DNA of 64,000 nt from Thermoplasmatota archaeon (GCA_040751795.1 JBFMHR010000005.1:192001-256000); one strand, 5' to 3'. Shown: positions 19,805 to 29,039, numbered from the stretch's first letter. Program-made: numbers and translations. The notes: generated by a model not told the origin, from the letters alone.

Positions 19805-19990
19805 TCACTCGGCGGGGTTGTTGAGCGGGCAGCCGTAGCAGAGGTCCTTGAAGACCTCGCGGTTGAAGAGCTCCTTCACCCTCGATGCCAGGATGTCCGC
19901 GTCCATCCTGCACTCCCTCGGCACTACGAGGGTCAGCCTTATGCACTCGCTGCATGTCGTCAGGTTCTCAAGAGTCTTGAAGTCGTCCAG
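19805..19990 (-). CDS. 61-aa Cys-motif microprotein (CxxC...CxxC) with a CTG start; absent from the ORF track
   Basis: (M)DDFKTLENLTTCSECIRLTLVVPRECRMDADILASRVKELFNREVFKDLCYGCPLNNPAE; SD GGAGGGGG; TATA TTTTATAT at 20040-20047. Confidence 0.65.
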   Translation of the reverse strand: MDDFKTLENLTTCSECIRLTLVVPRECRMDADILASRVKELFNREVFKDLCYGCPLNNPAE

Positions 19991-20066
19991 GGTCCCCCTC
20001 CCACTCGGCGCGATGCCGACCTCGGAACCGCTTGCGTGGATATAAAATCGGGCGTCCCCGCGCGGC

Positions 20067-21143
20067 TCAGAACTTCTCGACCGCCTCGATCGCGTCGAGG
20101 ATGTCCTGGGGCCTCATCCGGTCGGGCATGTTCCTGGAGTCCGGGTCCTTGCTGGCCGCGTACTCCGCCGCCTTGCGCAGGGCCGCCTTCGACGGCGACC
20201 CGAGCGCCTTGAGCGAGGTCGGCAGCCCGACCTGTTCGCACCAGGCCTTCACCGCGGCGACCTCCTCCCTCCTGCGCCCCTCGTAGACCATCTGGACGAT
20301 GGTGCAATATGCGACCACCTCGCCGTGCTCGCCGTGCGCCTCCCCGGTCCTCTTGAGTCCGTTGTGCAGCGCGTGGGCCAGGGCGCACCCGGTGTTCTCG
20401 AACGCCATGCCGGAGGAGAGCTTCACCGCCTCGATGACGTCGTCCACCTCGCGCGAGTGGACGCCGTTCCTGACGTCCCGGACGGCCTTCAGGCCCTTCT
20501 CCATGAGGCTCTTGTAGCACGAGTCGGCGAGGGCTAGCGCGGCCGCCGTCGGGGCCGGCCTGTCCTTCTTCTTGGCGCGTGCCATCGCGAACGCCTCTCC
20601 CTCGAACTTGGTCGAGAGGGCGTCCCCCATGCCCCACACCATCAGCTTCGCCGGAGCCCTGCTCAGGACCTCCGTGTCCTCGATCACCAGCACGGGGTTG
20701 CGCGAGAGGGTGAGCCACTCGACGAACCTGTGGTCCTCCGTGTACACCACCGCCTCGGCGCTGGTGTCCGCGTTGGTGGCGCACTGTGTCCCGACCACCA
20801 CGGACGGGACCTTGAGCTTCCACGCGACGATCTTGGCGGTGTCGACGGCCTTGCCCCCGCCGACGCCGACCACGAAGTGCGGGGAGGCCTTCCTCCCCGC
20901 GTCGGTGAGCCGGTTGACGGTCGCCCAGGTGCACTCCTTCACGCCGGACTCCCACAGGACCACGTCGATGCCGTTCGACTCCAGCGACTTCCTGACCTTG
21001 TCGCCTGCGACCGAGAGCGCGGTCGATCCCCCGATCACGAAGGCGCGGTTCCCGTAGGCCAGCGCCTTCTGGCCGAGGTGGTAGATCGCCCCCCTGCCCT
21101 GCAGGTAGAGCGACGGGGTGACCATCTTCCTGATTCCGTCCAT
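20067..21143 (-). CDS. gldA: Glycerol dehydrogenase-like family III metal-dependent polyol dehydrogenase
   Basis: P..Y.QG.GA; GVGGGKAVDTAK; GDALST; ALAHALHNG; HGEVVAY. Confidence 0.85.
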   Translation of the reverse strand: MDGIRKMVTPSLYLQGRGAIYHLGQKALAYGNRAFVIGGSTALSVAGDKVRKSLESNGIDVVLWESGVKECTWATVNRLTDAGRKASPHFVVGVGGGKAVDTAKIVAWKLKVPSVVVGTQCATNADTSAEAVVYTEDHRFVEWLTLSRNPVLVIEDTEVLSRAPAKLMVWGMGDALSTKFEGEAFAMARAKKKDRPAPTAAALALADSCYKSLMEKGLKAVRDVRNGVHSREVDDVIEAVKLSSGMAFENTGCALAHALHNGLKRTGEAHGEHGEVVAYCTIVQMVYEGRRREEVAAVKAWCEQVGLPTSLKALGSPSKAALRKAAEYAASKDPDSRNMPDRMRPQDILDAIEAVEKF

Positions 21144-21233
21144 GCCGTCCTCTCCAGCCATGACTGTCAGAAACGCTCCAGCAGTACAATCACCGCCGAG
21201 TATAAGAAAATAAGTCCTTAAGGCGCGGAGGCG

Positions 21234-21989
21234 ATGCCGTGGCGCGACCGTCTGGAGCGTGCCACGGTGGGAGAAGGCAGGTGCGCCAAGTGCTCTGGCC
21301 CCGCCGAGATCAAGCGGAGCACGATGGCCACGTACGACGCGCAGTGGGGAGGCCACGACGAGGCGGCCGCCTCGGAGCGCAGGAAGAGGCTGGCCCCCGT
21401 CGCGGACCCGCTCCTCTCCATGGTCATGCCCCTGGCGGACAAGGTCGTCGTCGACCTGGGCATGGGGACCGGGACCCTCGCGTTCAGGGCGATGGAGCTC
21501 TCGACGCCCAGGAGGACCGTGGGCGTGGACTTCTCGACCACGGGGCTCAGGGTCGCCCGCGCGGTCTCCAGGCACTCACGCTTCAGGGACATGGACGTCG
21601 AGATGGTGAAGGGGGACCTCGAGAGGCTGCCCCTCGCGCGCCGCTCCGCGGACGTGATCGTGAGCCAGGCCACGGTCAACCTCATCCCCGACAAGGCCGC
21701 GGTGTTCTCCGAGATCGCGAGGGTGGCGAAGTCGGGGGCGAAGGTCGCCATATCCGACGCGTTCAGGACGTCCAGGGGGTCGCAGGACGGCTCCTGGGAG
21801 CAGTGCATCGGCGGCGCCATAACGGTGACGGAGTTCTCCACGATGGCGCTGAACTCAGGCCTGATCATCCTCGGCCAGACGGACCTCACGCAGGTCGTGA
21901 GGCAGCTGGTGTCGTCCAAGAGGTGGGAGTGGCCCGAGTTCCTGGAGCACAACATGGACTACAGGGCGTTCATGATGATGAGGAGCTGA
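21234..21989 (+). CDS. Class I SAM-dependent methyltransferase (ArsM-like fold)
   Basis: VVDLGMGTG; GDLERLPL...ADVIVS...NLIPDK..VFSEIARV.K.G; WEQCIGGA. Confidence 0.8.
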   Translation: MPWRDRLERATVGEGRCAKCSGPAEIKRSTMATYDAQWGGHDEAAASERRKRLAPVADPLLSMVMPLADKVVVDLGMGTGTLAFRAMELSTPRRTVGVDFSTTGLRVARAVSRHSRFRDMDVEMVKGDLERLPLARRSADVIVSQATVNLIPDKAAVFSEIARVAKSGAKVAISDAFRTSRGSQDGSWEQCIGGAITVTEFSTMALNSGLIILGQTDLTQVVRQLVSSKRWEWPEFLEHNMDYRAFMMMRS

Positions 21990-22140
21990 GCCAGGACGCC
22001 GGGAGAAAGATGCGGGGCCGGGAGCTTCGCGGGCCTCGCCTTCTGAGGAGAGACTGGGTGGATAGGACAAACGGCTGGCCCGTCCCGCTTCACGGCCCCT
22101 GTGTTACAGAGGTGTTTCCGGCCTGAATGGGGGATGCCCT

Positions 22141-22257
22141 TCAGACTGCGTTGTGCTGCTGATGGATCACGTTGCCGCACCTCGGGCACCTGTCCGCGTC
22201 CTTCGGCAGTGTGAGCCCGCAGAGGCTGCAGCGCTTCTCATGTTCCCCTGACCCCAT
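22141..22257 (-). CDS. 38-aa zinc-ribbon microprotein; absent from the ORF track
   Basis: MGSGEHEKRCSLCGLTLPKDADRCPRCGNVIHQQHNAV, a CxxCG-x9-CPxCG pattern; ATG 22257, TGA 22141. Confidence 0.7.
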   Translation of the reverse strand: MGSGEHEKRCSLCGLTLPKDADRCPRCGNVIHQQHNAV

Positions 22258-22272
22258 CCTAACCGACTCGGT

Positions 22273-22292
22273 TGTACTACTGTAATAGTACA
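22273..22292. promoter_or_regulatory. Palindromic operator candidate TGTACTA-N6-TAGTACA (TGTAC-N10-GTACA copy 2)
   Basis: Perfect 7-bp inverted repeat between the divergent zinc-ribbon and RHH genes. Confidence 0.55.
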
Positions 22293-22415
22293 GAGGTACT
22301 TCAAATTGCCGTCCGTCAAGCCGGCCATTTGCCGAAATGAAACGGATGCCTCCCCCGCGGCCCTCCCCGATAACACGCTTATAAGCCGCAAACCGATTTG
22401 GGCCCGGGGATTCAA

Positions 22416-22628
22416 ACGGCGAAGGATGAGAGGGTCACGATGAAGGTGGACAGGGCCCTGTGGCAGAGCGTCCAGGGCCTCATCGACGAGCACCCGGAGT
22501 GGGGTATAATGTCCGTCCCGGAGTTCGTGAGGCGGGCGATAGACTCCGAGGTCAGGGCCCGCAGGGAGGCGGAGTCCAGCCGCGTGATCAAGCTCCAGAT
22601 CTCCCCCCAGCGCAGGAAGCCGTCCTGA
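22416..22628 (+). CDS. Ribbon-helix-helix (CopG-like) DNA-binding protein; start uncertain (ACG 22416 or ATG 22440)
   Basis: ERVTMKVDRALWQSVQGLI......SVPEFVRRAI RHH pattern; TATA CTTATAAG at 22378-22385. Confidence 0.75.
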   Translation, partial: TAKDERVTMKVDRALWQSVQGLIDEHPEWGIMSVPEFVRRAIDSEVRARREAESSRVIKLQISPQRRKPS

Positions 22629-22656
22629 TCCCCCAGTGGTTGTCGCGCGCCCCGCA

Positions 22657-24093
22657 TCAGCCCTTCTTCGATGTGGCCAGCGAAACCCCGACGAGGGCCG
22701 CCGTCGCGACGATCATCACCGGGACCACGGGCAGGAAGCCCCACGAGTACGAGGCCGGCACCGCCCCGAAGTAGAAGCCCGCGTAGAGCAGCTCCCCCGC
22801 CGCGATGGACGCCATGCACCCCCACTTGTTCGCCCTCCTCCAGTACAGCGCCGCCACGGTCGTCGGGAAGAGCACCGCCAGCCCCGTGAAGGTCGTCTTG
22901 GTGAGCGTCTCGAAGAGCGTCTCGACGGAGCTGAGGGCGATGGCGAGGCTCAGCAGGGCGAGCCCGACCACCAGGGCCTTGCCCACTATGAACTCGTGCC
23001 TCTGGCTCGCGTCGGCCCTCACCCACTTCTTGTAGACGTCCCTCGTGAGCATCGAACTCAGCACCAGGAGCTGCGAGTCGGCCGTCGACATGAGCGCGGC
23101 GAAGGCACCGGCGAGCATGATCCCCAGGACCCACGATGGCGCGAACTCGTCGACCATCATGGGCAGTATCTGGTCCGGCTCGGAACCGGTGAGGCCGGGG
23201 AACTGCAGGTTGCCCCACGCGCCTATCAGCACGGGGCACAGGAACACTACGGCGGTTATCGGCGCGTACATCATCATGGATACCTTGATGGCCTTCTCGT
23301 CCCTCGCGCTGTAGAACCTGACGAAGAGCTGCGGGAACATCGGGTCGCAGAAGATCCAGAGGAGCATGAAGCTGAGCCAGACCTGGGGCGTGAAGTAGTC
23401 CCTCCCTCCGGGCCTGGACACCAGGTCCGGGAACTCCTCCGCGAGCCGCGTGTTCGCATCGGTGAACCCGCCGAGGCCGGCGGAGACTATCCCGACGGCC
23501 GCGATGAGGGTCACGAACATCATGGCCCCCTGGAGGACGTCGGTGTACGCGTCCGCCCTCATCCCGCCGATGGTCACGTACGCGACGACGACGATGGTCA
23601 CCAGCACCGCCCCGAGCTCGTAGGAGACCTCCCCGTCCGTCAGCGTCTCGAACGCTATCCCGCCCCCGATCGCCTGCGTGGCGATGTACGGGAGGGTGAA
23701 GACGACCATGACACCGAGGAAGACCATCCTGAGGGAGTCGGAGCTGAACCTGTCGCCTATGAGCTCTGCCGGGGTGATGTACCCCTTCTCCCTCCCCAGC
23801 CTCCATATCCTCCTGCCGAGGAAGAAGAAGGAGAGGGCCATGATCCCCGTCCCGAAGCCCATGATGCCGTAGTACGCCAGGCCGAACTTGTACGCCGCCC
23901 CGGCGAACCCGAAGAACGTGAAGGCGCTGAAGTTGGTCGCAGCCAGCGTGAAGAACAGGACGACCGGGCCGATGCTCCTCGACGCCACGAAGTAGTCGTC
24001 CGAGGTCTTGGCCGACCTCCTGTAGGCGTAGAAGGCGATGAGGATCATGATGGCGAGGTAGGCCGCGAAGAACGAGATCGCCACGACGTCCAT
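22657..24093 (-). CDS. Sodium:solute symporter (SSS; PutP/PanF-like)
   Basis: DDYFVASRSIG...ATNFSAFTFFGFAG; GGMRADAYTD.LQG; AALMSTADSQL; ~13 TM segments. Confidence 0.92.
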   Translation of the reverse strand: MDVVAISFFAAYLAIMILIAFYAYRRSAKTSDDYFVASRSIGPVVLFFTLAATNFSAFTFFGFAGAAYKFGLAYYGIMGFGTGIMALSFFFLGRRIWRLGREKGYITPAELIGDRFSSDSLRMVFLGVMVVFTLPYIATQAIGGGIAFETLTDGEVSYELGAVLVTIVVVAYVTIGGMRADAYTDVLQGAMMFVTLIAAVGIVSAGLGGFTDANTRLAEEFPDLVSRPGGRDYFTPQVWLSFMLLWIFCDPMFPQLFVRFYSARDEKAIKVSMMMYAPITAVVFLCPVLIGAWGNLQFPGLTGSEPDQILPMMVDEFAPSWVLGIMLAGAFAALMSTADSQLLVLSSMLTRDVYKKWVRADASQRHEFIVGKALVVGLALLSLAIALSSVETLFETLTKTTFTGLAVLFPTTVAALYWRRANKWGCMASIAAGELLYAGFYFGAVPASYSWGFLPVVPVMIVATAALVGVSLATSKKG

Positions 24094-24311
24094 CACGCAC
24101 CACCCCCGTCGTCGGTCCAGTAGTACCTGGCGAAGAGGAAGTAGAGGGCGAACAGGCCGGCCTCGAGGACCGCGATGTACGTGACGATGTAGGGCAGCCC
24201 GAGGACGGTCGGCCAGGACCAGTCCCATGCCCATATGTCGATCGATAGCACGAACAGCAGCGAGAACGCCGCCGCCCAGAACCACTTGCTGCGCAGCACT
24301 TGAGCCATCAT
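24093..24311 (-). CDS. Small 2-TM accessory protein of the SSS transporter (DUF997/DUF3311-like)
   Basis: DIWAWDWSWPTVLGLP motif; TGATG overlap with the symporter start. Confidence 0.75.
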   Translation of the reverse strand: MMAQVLRSKWFWAAAFSLLFVLSIDIWAWDWSWPTVLGLPYIVTYIAVLEAGLFALYFLFARYYWTDDGGGA

Positions 24312-24642
24312 CCCTGCCTCCCGTCGTCGAGCGTTTCCTGGATTGGGAGGCTGGAAACGGAGAAACAATGCCTCGGCGGGGTGAATGGGCGCGGCCGATA
24401 TGAACCTTTGCGGGCGCGGCGCGGGCCCGCACGCGCGGACGGGAACATCTGCGCCGAGGTCCGGGGAGGGCCATTTCGGTATGTCACATTTTATCTCCAA
24501 CACACATGGTACCATCGGACGGCCATGCACTTTATCGCGTGAATCGTGGACGACGCCGGACGTCTGCGCCTCCCGGGTCCGACCAGCCGGCGTGCAAGGA
24601 TGCAAATACGATGCGGCGGATAGTGTTGTACGGGAGGAGAGG

Positions 24643-25794
24643 ATGGCGAGGGCGGAGGATGTCAAGGTCAGGTCCGTGATGAGCACCTCGCCGGTGACCG
24701 TGGAGGCGGACGACACGGTCTCCGACGCGATCGCCAGGATCAGGAGGCACAGGGTCAAGGAGCTCCCGGTCCTCTCGAAGGGCGTCCCGGTCGGGCTGGT
24801 CAGCTATTCATCCTTCATAGAGCGCAGGAGCGTCCCGCTGAACGCGAAGGTCTCGTCCATCATGCTCCCGGTGTCCAGGCTGAGGGAGGAGGACAGCGTC
24901 CTCGACGCCGCGGAGCTGCTGGTGTCTTCTGGCATAAGGGGCGCGCCCGTGATGAGGGGGAACAGGCTCGTCGGGTTCGTTTCCCGCTCCGACATAATAC
25001 GCATCATGCCCAGCATGCCGGAGATGAGGGCCGTCAAGGCCGGCGACCTCATGACAGCCGAGCCGCTGTCCGTCACCCCCGACGAGTTCGTCGGGAGGGC
25101 CCAGGTCCTCATGGAGGGGCTGGACGAGAAGGCGCTGCCGGTCGTGGGAGACGGGGACAGGCTAGTGGGGGTCATAGGCATGACGGAGGTGATGGACGCG
25201 GTATGGTCGCCGAAGGGCGACATGCCGCAGAGGAGCCCCAGGCCCCCGAGGAAGGTCTTCGACTCGAGGACCAGGGCGCAGATCAGGGTCGGCAGCGTGA
25301 TGACCAGGGGGGCGGTGAGGGTCTCGCCGGCCGACTCGCTCGGGAGGGTCGTGGACCTCATGCTCGACAGGGGCCTCTCCACGCTCTTCGTCACGGAGGA
25401 GGAGAGGCTCGTCGGGGTCGTCGACCAGGCGGACCTAATGGAGCAGCTCCTCAGCCTGAGGCCGAGGGACCAGGTGTTCGTCCAGGTCTCGGGCCTCACG
25501 GCCCACGACCCGGACGTGCTGGACGGGCTCTACTCGATGATAGGCAAGGGGATGAAGAGGCTCGCCAAGATGGAGCGCCCCAGGGTCTTCTACCTGCACG
25601 TGGCGACCTACGACCACGAGGGGCTCGCGAGCAAGTTCAGCCTCAGGGCCAGGCTCAACACCGACGGGGGGATGTACTACGTCCGCGGCGCCGGCTGGAA
25701 CCTCTTCAGGACCGCCTCAGGCCTCCTGGAGACGCTCGAGGCGAAGGTGAGGAGGCAGAAGGAGAAGGAGCAGGACAGGAGGCGGAGGCGGTGA
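24643..25794 (+). CDS. Four-CBS-domain protein with a C-terminal HPF/RaiA-like domain (putative ribosome hibernation factor)
   Basis: Four CBS repeats (VMS..PVTV...LPV...VG), then VQVSGL...FYLHV..Y......FSLRARL......Y.....WNL......LETLEAKVRR; SD GGAGG. Confidence 0.75.
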   Translation: MARAEDVKVRSVMSTSPVTVEADDTVSDAIARIRRHRVKELPVLSKGVPVGLVSYSSFIERRSVPLNAKVSSIMLPVSRLREEDSVLDAAELLVSSGIRGAPVMRGNRLVGFVSRSDIIRIMPSMPEMRAVKAGDLMTAEPLSVTPDEFVGRAQVLMEGLDEKALPVVGDGDRLVGVIGMTEVMDAVWSPKGDMPQRSPRPPRKVFDSRTRAQIRVGSVMTRGAVRVSPADSLGRVVDLMLDRGLSTLFVTEEERLVGVVDQADLMEQLLSLRPRDQVFVQVSGLTAHDPDVLDGLYSMIGKGMKRLAKMERPRVFYLHVATYDHEGLASKFSLRARLNTDGGMYYVRGAGWNLFRTASGLLETLEAKVRRQKEKEQDRRRRR

Positions 25795-25889
25795 CGGCCC
25801 CGAACCCTCCGGTGAAAAAGATATCAACCCCGTGGCCCGTTCCAGAGCCGCTCAAGGACGCGGAGAGGCTCGACAGGAGGATTGGAGAC

Positions 25890-26282
25890 ATGCCGATATC
25901 TGAACACGTCGGGAAGGCAGACTGGAAGACCGAGAAGCACGTGCCTGTCATCGAGTGCCCGGACAAGGTCGCGGCCGACCAGGTCTTCGACATAACCGTG
26001 ACGGTCGGGAAGGAGATCGCGCACCCGAACACGACCGCCCACCACATCAGGTGGATATCGCTCTACTTCCACCCCGAGGGGGAGAAGTTCAGCTACCAGG
26101 TCGCCAGGGTGGAGTTCTCGGCCCACGGCGAGGGCGCCCAGGGCGCGGACACGAGCACCGTCTACACCCACCACAGGGCGACGGTGTCGATGAAGACCAA
26201 GAAGGCCGGGACCCTGCACGCGGTGTCGCTGTGCAACATACACGGCCTCTGGGAGAGCGAGAGGAAGCTCGCGGTCGGGTGA
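25890..26282 (+). CDS. sor: Superoxide reductase (neelaredoxin, class II SORL)
   Basis: EKHVP...HPNTTAHHIRWI...CNIHGLW iron-site motifs. Confidence 0.93.
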   Translation: MPISEHVGKADWKTEKHVPVIECPDKVAADQVFDITVTVGKEIAHPNTTAHHIRWISLYFHPEGEKFSYQVARVEFSAHGEGAQGADTSTVYTHHRATVSMKTKKAGTLHAVSLCNIHGLWESERKLAVG

Positions 26283-26761
26283 CTTCCCAGGTGCGGTGCG
26301 TAGGCTCGGCCAGAATCGATGGCCGGCCTCTGGTCGTGATGCGAACAGGGCGTCCCATGCGCTACATCCGCGAGATAGTTGCTTAAGGATGGGGTGCCTA
26401 GGTCTGTGCGAGACGGCGGAGCGGGCGATGACCCCTCTAGGAGGACTCCGAGACCGCTCCCGATGTCTCCATTTTTCCGTCTTTCATCAGAGCCTGTGCA
26501 GACTATGTGCCACGAGCAGCCTGAATGCCGACTCGCGCCTCCCCGTGGTCATGTGATCCCTGAGAGTGCCCGCAACGAGATCCGCCATCTGAAGGCCTGG
26601 AGTCCGCCAGCTGTCGCATTGCTCCGCTTGGCAGGTGCCGGACCCTGCGAATAGCCTCTCCAGGTCCCTGCCGAAGTGCGCTCCCGCTCCGGGTCTCCAG
26701 TCGGCCCCATGTCCCCCGATAATCCATCACTTAATGTACAGGCCTCGTCGATTACGATGTC

Positions 26762-27946
26762 ATGGGGCTCTCGCCTCTGCCGGAGGAGGTGGAGCACGAC
26801 CTCAGGGCGTGCCTGCAGTGCGGCTACTGCAACTTCGTGTGCCCGATCCAGCTCAACCCCGACCGGGGCTTCGAGTCCTACCGCGTCAGGGGCAAGATGT
26901 ACCACCTGAAGAAGTACGTCCGCCCCGGCTTCATGCAGAGGCTGCTGGGCAACGCGCCAGAGATCTCCCCAGAGTTCGTCGAGCGGGTCTACAACTGCAC
27001 CGCCTGCGGCTACTGCCAGGTCGCGTGCCACGTCGAGATCAGGTTCAACGACAGGTGGGAGCAGGTCAAGGAGTGGTTCGTGAGGAACGGGGTCGGACCC
27101 CTTGACAGGCACAGGGCGCTGAGGACCAGGGTCATCGCGAAGCACAACCCATACGACGAGCCCCACGAGGCCAGGGACGCGTGGGTCCAGAAGGACGCGA
27201 AGCGGTCCAAGGACCCGGAGGTCCTGTACTTCACCGGCTGCACCGCGAGCTACAGGCAGCAGAGGATCGCCCAGGACGCGCTCAGGGTCCTCGAGGCCGC
27301 GGGGGTGGAGTACGACGTCCTCGGGAGGGACGAGTGGTGCTGCGGCTCCCCGCTCATCAGGACCGGCCAGACCGACATCGTCACCGACGAGAAGGACGGG
27401 CTCGTCAAGCACAACCTCAGGGAGTTCGAGAGGCGCGGCGCGAGGAAGGTGGTCACCGCCTGCGCCGGATGCTTCATGACCCTGAGCCACAACTACCCGA
27501 TGTACGCGGGCAAGCTGGACTTCGAGCTCCTGCACATGACGCAGTTCATGGACAAGCTAATCAAGGACGGGAGGCTGGAGCTGAGGAGGCCGCTCCCCAA
27601 GAAGGCGGCGTACCACGACCCCTGCCACATAGGTCGGCACTTCGGGATCTTCGAGGAGCCCAGGAGGATACTGAACGCCTTCCCCGGGTCGCACTACATC
27701 GAGCTCCCGCACAACAGGCTCGACTCGCAGTGCTGCGGCGCAGGAGGGGGATACAAGATCCAGTTCAACGACCGCGCGGAGCACATCGCCTCGCTCAGGG
27801 TCGAGGAGGCCAGGGGCGCCGGCGCGGAGATGCTGGTGTCGGCCTGCCCGTTCTGCGTCACCAACCTGACCGGCGGGGCGAAGAGGGCGGGGATCGACAT
27901 GCCCGTGGCCGAGCTGGTGTCCCTTGTGGCGGAGAGCGCCAGGTGA
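26762..27946 (+). CDS. Fe-S oxidoreductase of the HdrD/GlpC type (two [4Fe-4S] motifs, two CCG domains)
   Basis: CLQCGYCNFVCP; CTACGYCQVAC; FTGC...WCCG...TACAGC; YHDPC...CCGAGGG...SACPFC. Confidence 0.9.
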   Translation: MGLSPLPEEVEHDLRACLQCGYCNFVCPIQLNPDRGFESYRVRGKMYHLKKYVRPGFMQRLLGNAPEISPEFVERVYNCTACGYCQVACHVEIRFNDRWEQVKEWFVRNGVGPLDRHRALRTRVIAKHNPYDEPHEARDAWVQKDAKRSKDPEVLYFTGCTASYRQQRIAQDALRVLEAAGVEYDVLGRDEWCCGSPLIRTGQTDIVTDEKDGLVKHNLREFERRGARKVVTACAGCFMTLSHNYPMYAGKLDFELLHMTQFMDKLIKDGRLELRRPLPKKAAYHDPCHIGRHFGIFEEPRRILNAFPGSHYIELPHNRLDSQCCGAGGGYKIQFNDRAEHIASLRVEEARGAGAEMLVSACPFCVTNLTGGAKRAGIDMPVAELVSLVAESAR

Positions 27947-27995
27947 GCCCTGGAAGCCTTTTAATCATGGGTAGGCAATCATCGCACCGTTCCAG

Positions 27996-29039
27996 ATGCG
28001 CGCCCTGCCGCTGTTCAGGTTCAACAGGCGTGCGCGGTCCACGAGCTGGGGGATCGCCCTCTGCACCATGTTCATAGTGGCCAGCTTCTCCATCGCCGCG
28101 GGCCTGAGGACATCGATGGACGCCCTCTCGGACAACTTCTCCACGGAGTACTCGGTCGTGTCGTACCCCGGGGCCTCGGGGATGGACCCGTTCGATGCAT
28201 CGACGCTCGGGGCGGCCGAAGCGAGGAGCGCGCTCTGCGTCGTGGCCGTCGTGTGGGCCGGCGAGGTGGACCAGGTCGTCTTCAGCGTCTCCGACCCCGG
28301 CTCCGTCCTCCCGGAGGCTCTCGCGACGTCGGGGACGGAGGTGAAGGCCGGCTCCGAGGCGGCCATCGAAGGGACCGCGACCCTGGTCGGGGCGACGAGC
28401 CAGGTGGTCACGGTCGTGTCGGGCTTCTCGTCGACCATGTTCTCCCCGTCGTGGGTGCTGGGCAGCGAGGAGCTCCTGATGGCCCTGACGGGCTTCCCGG
28501 CGGGCTCCTGCAACCTCGCCGTCTCGAAGGACCTGTCACAGGAGGAGATGGCGTCGCTCGAGTCCGCGGGGTTCGTGGTCCAGCCGACCGTCTCGATCAT
28601 CGAGTTCCTCGACTCCGGCGTGGACGATCTGCAGTCCGACGCGTACTGGGTCCTGGTGCCGTCGGCCTTCGTCATCGCCGTGCTGGTGTACAGCTTCATA
28701 GGCTCGGAGGTCGTCGACAAGAGGCACGACATAGGCATCATCAAGACCCTCGGGGCGGGGCGCGGCCGTGTCCTGGCCTACCTCCTGGGCGAGTCCCTCC
28801 TGATATGCGCGTACGGCGCCGTCCTCGGCGTGGCGCTCGGGATCGTGATGTCCTACGCCGTATCGACCGCAGCCTCCCACGTCTTCACCTCCGTGTTCTC
28901 GGTGGAGGTCGACGAGACGCTCCTCCTCGTGTCGTACCTGGTGGCCGTCGCGGCCGGTATGGCCGGCTCGCTGCTGCCAGCCGCCAGGATGACCATGACC
29001 TCGCCCTCGGAGGACCTCAGGGAGGGGTCGCCATTCTGA
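27996..29039 (+). CDS. FtsX/MacB-like ABC permease
   Basis: C-terminal KRHDIGIIKTLGAG..VL...L.E and three TMs; P.EDLR ending. Confidence 0.8.
   Translation: MRALPLFRFNRRARSTSWGIALCTMFIVASFSIAAGLRTSMDALSDNFSTEYSVVSYPGASGMDPFDASTLGAAEARSALCVVAVVWAGEVDQVVFSVSDPGSVLPEALATSGTEVKAGSEAAIEGTATLVGATSQVVTVVSGFSSTMFSPSWVLGSEELLMALTGFPAGSCNLAVSKDLSQEEMASLESAGFVVQPTVSIIEFLDSGVDDLQSDAYWVLVPSAFVIAVLVYSFIGSEVVDKRHDIGIIKTLGAGRGRVLAYLLGESLLICAYGAVLGVALGIVMSYAVSTAASHVFTSVFSVEVDETLLLVSYLVAVAAGMAGSLLPAARMTMTSPSEDLREGSPF

Noticed and set aside
26762-27946. HdrD-like protein as evidence of methanogenesis
   Set aside because: CCG-domain Fe-S proteins are widespread in non-methanogens, and no mcr, mtr or hdrE genes are in the window
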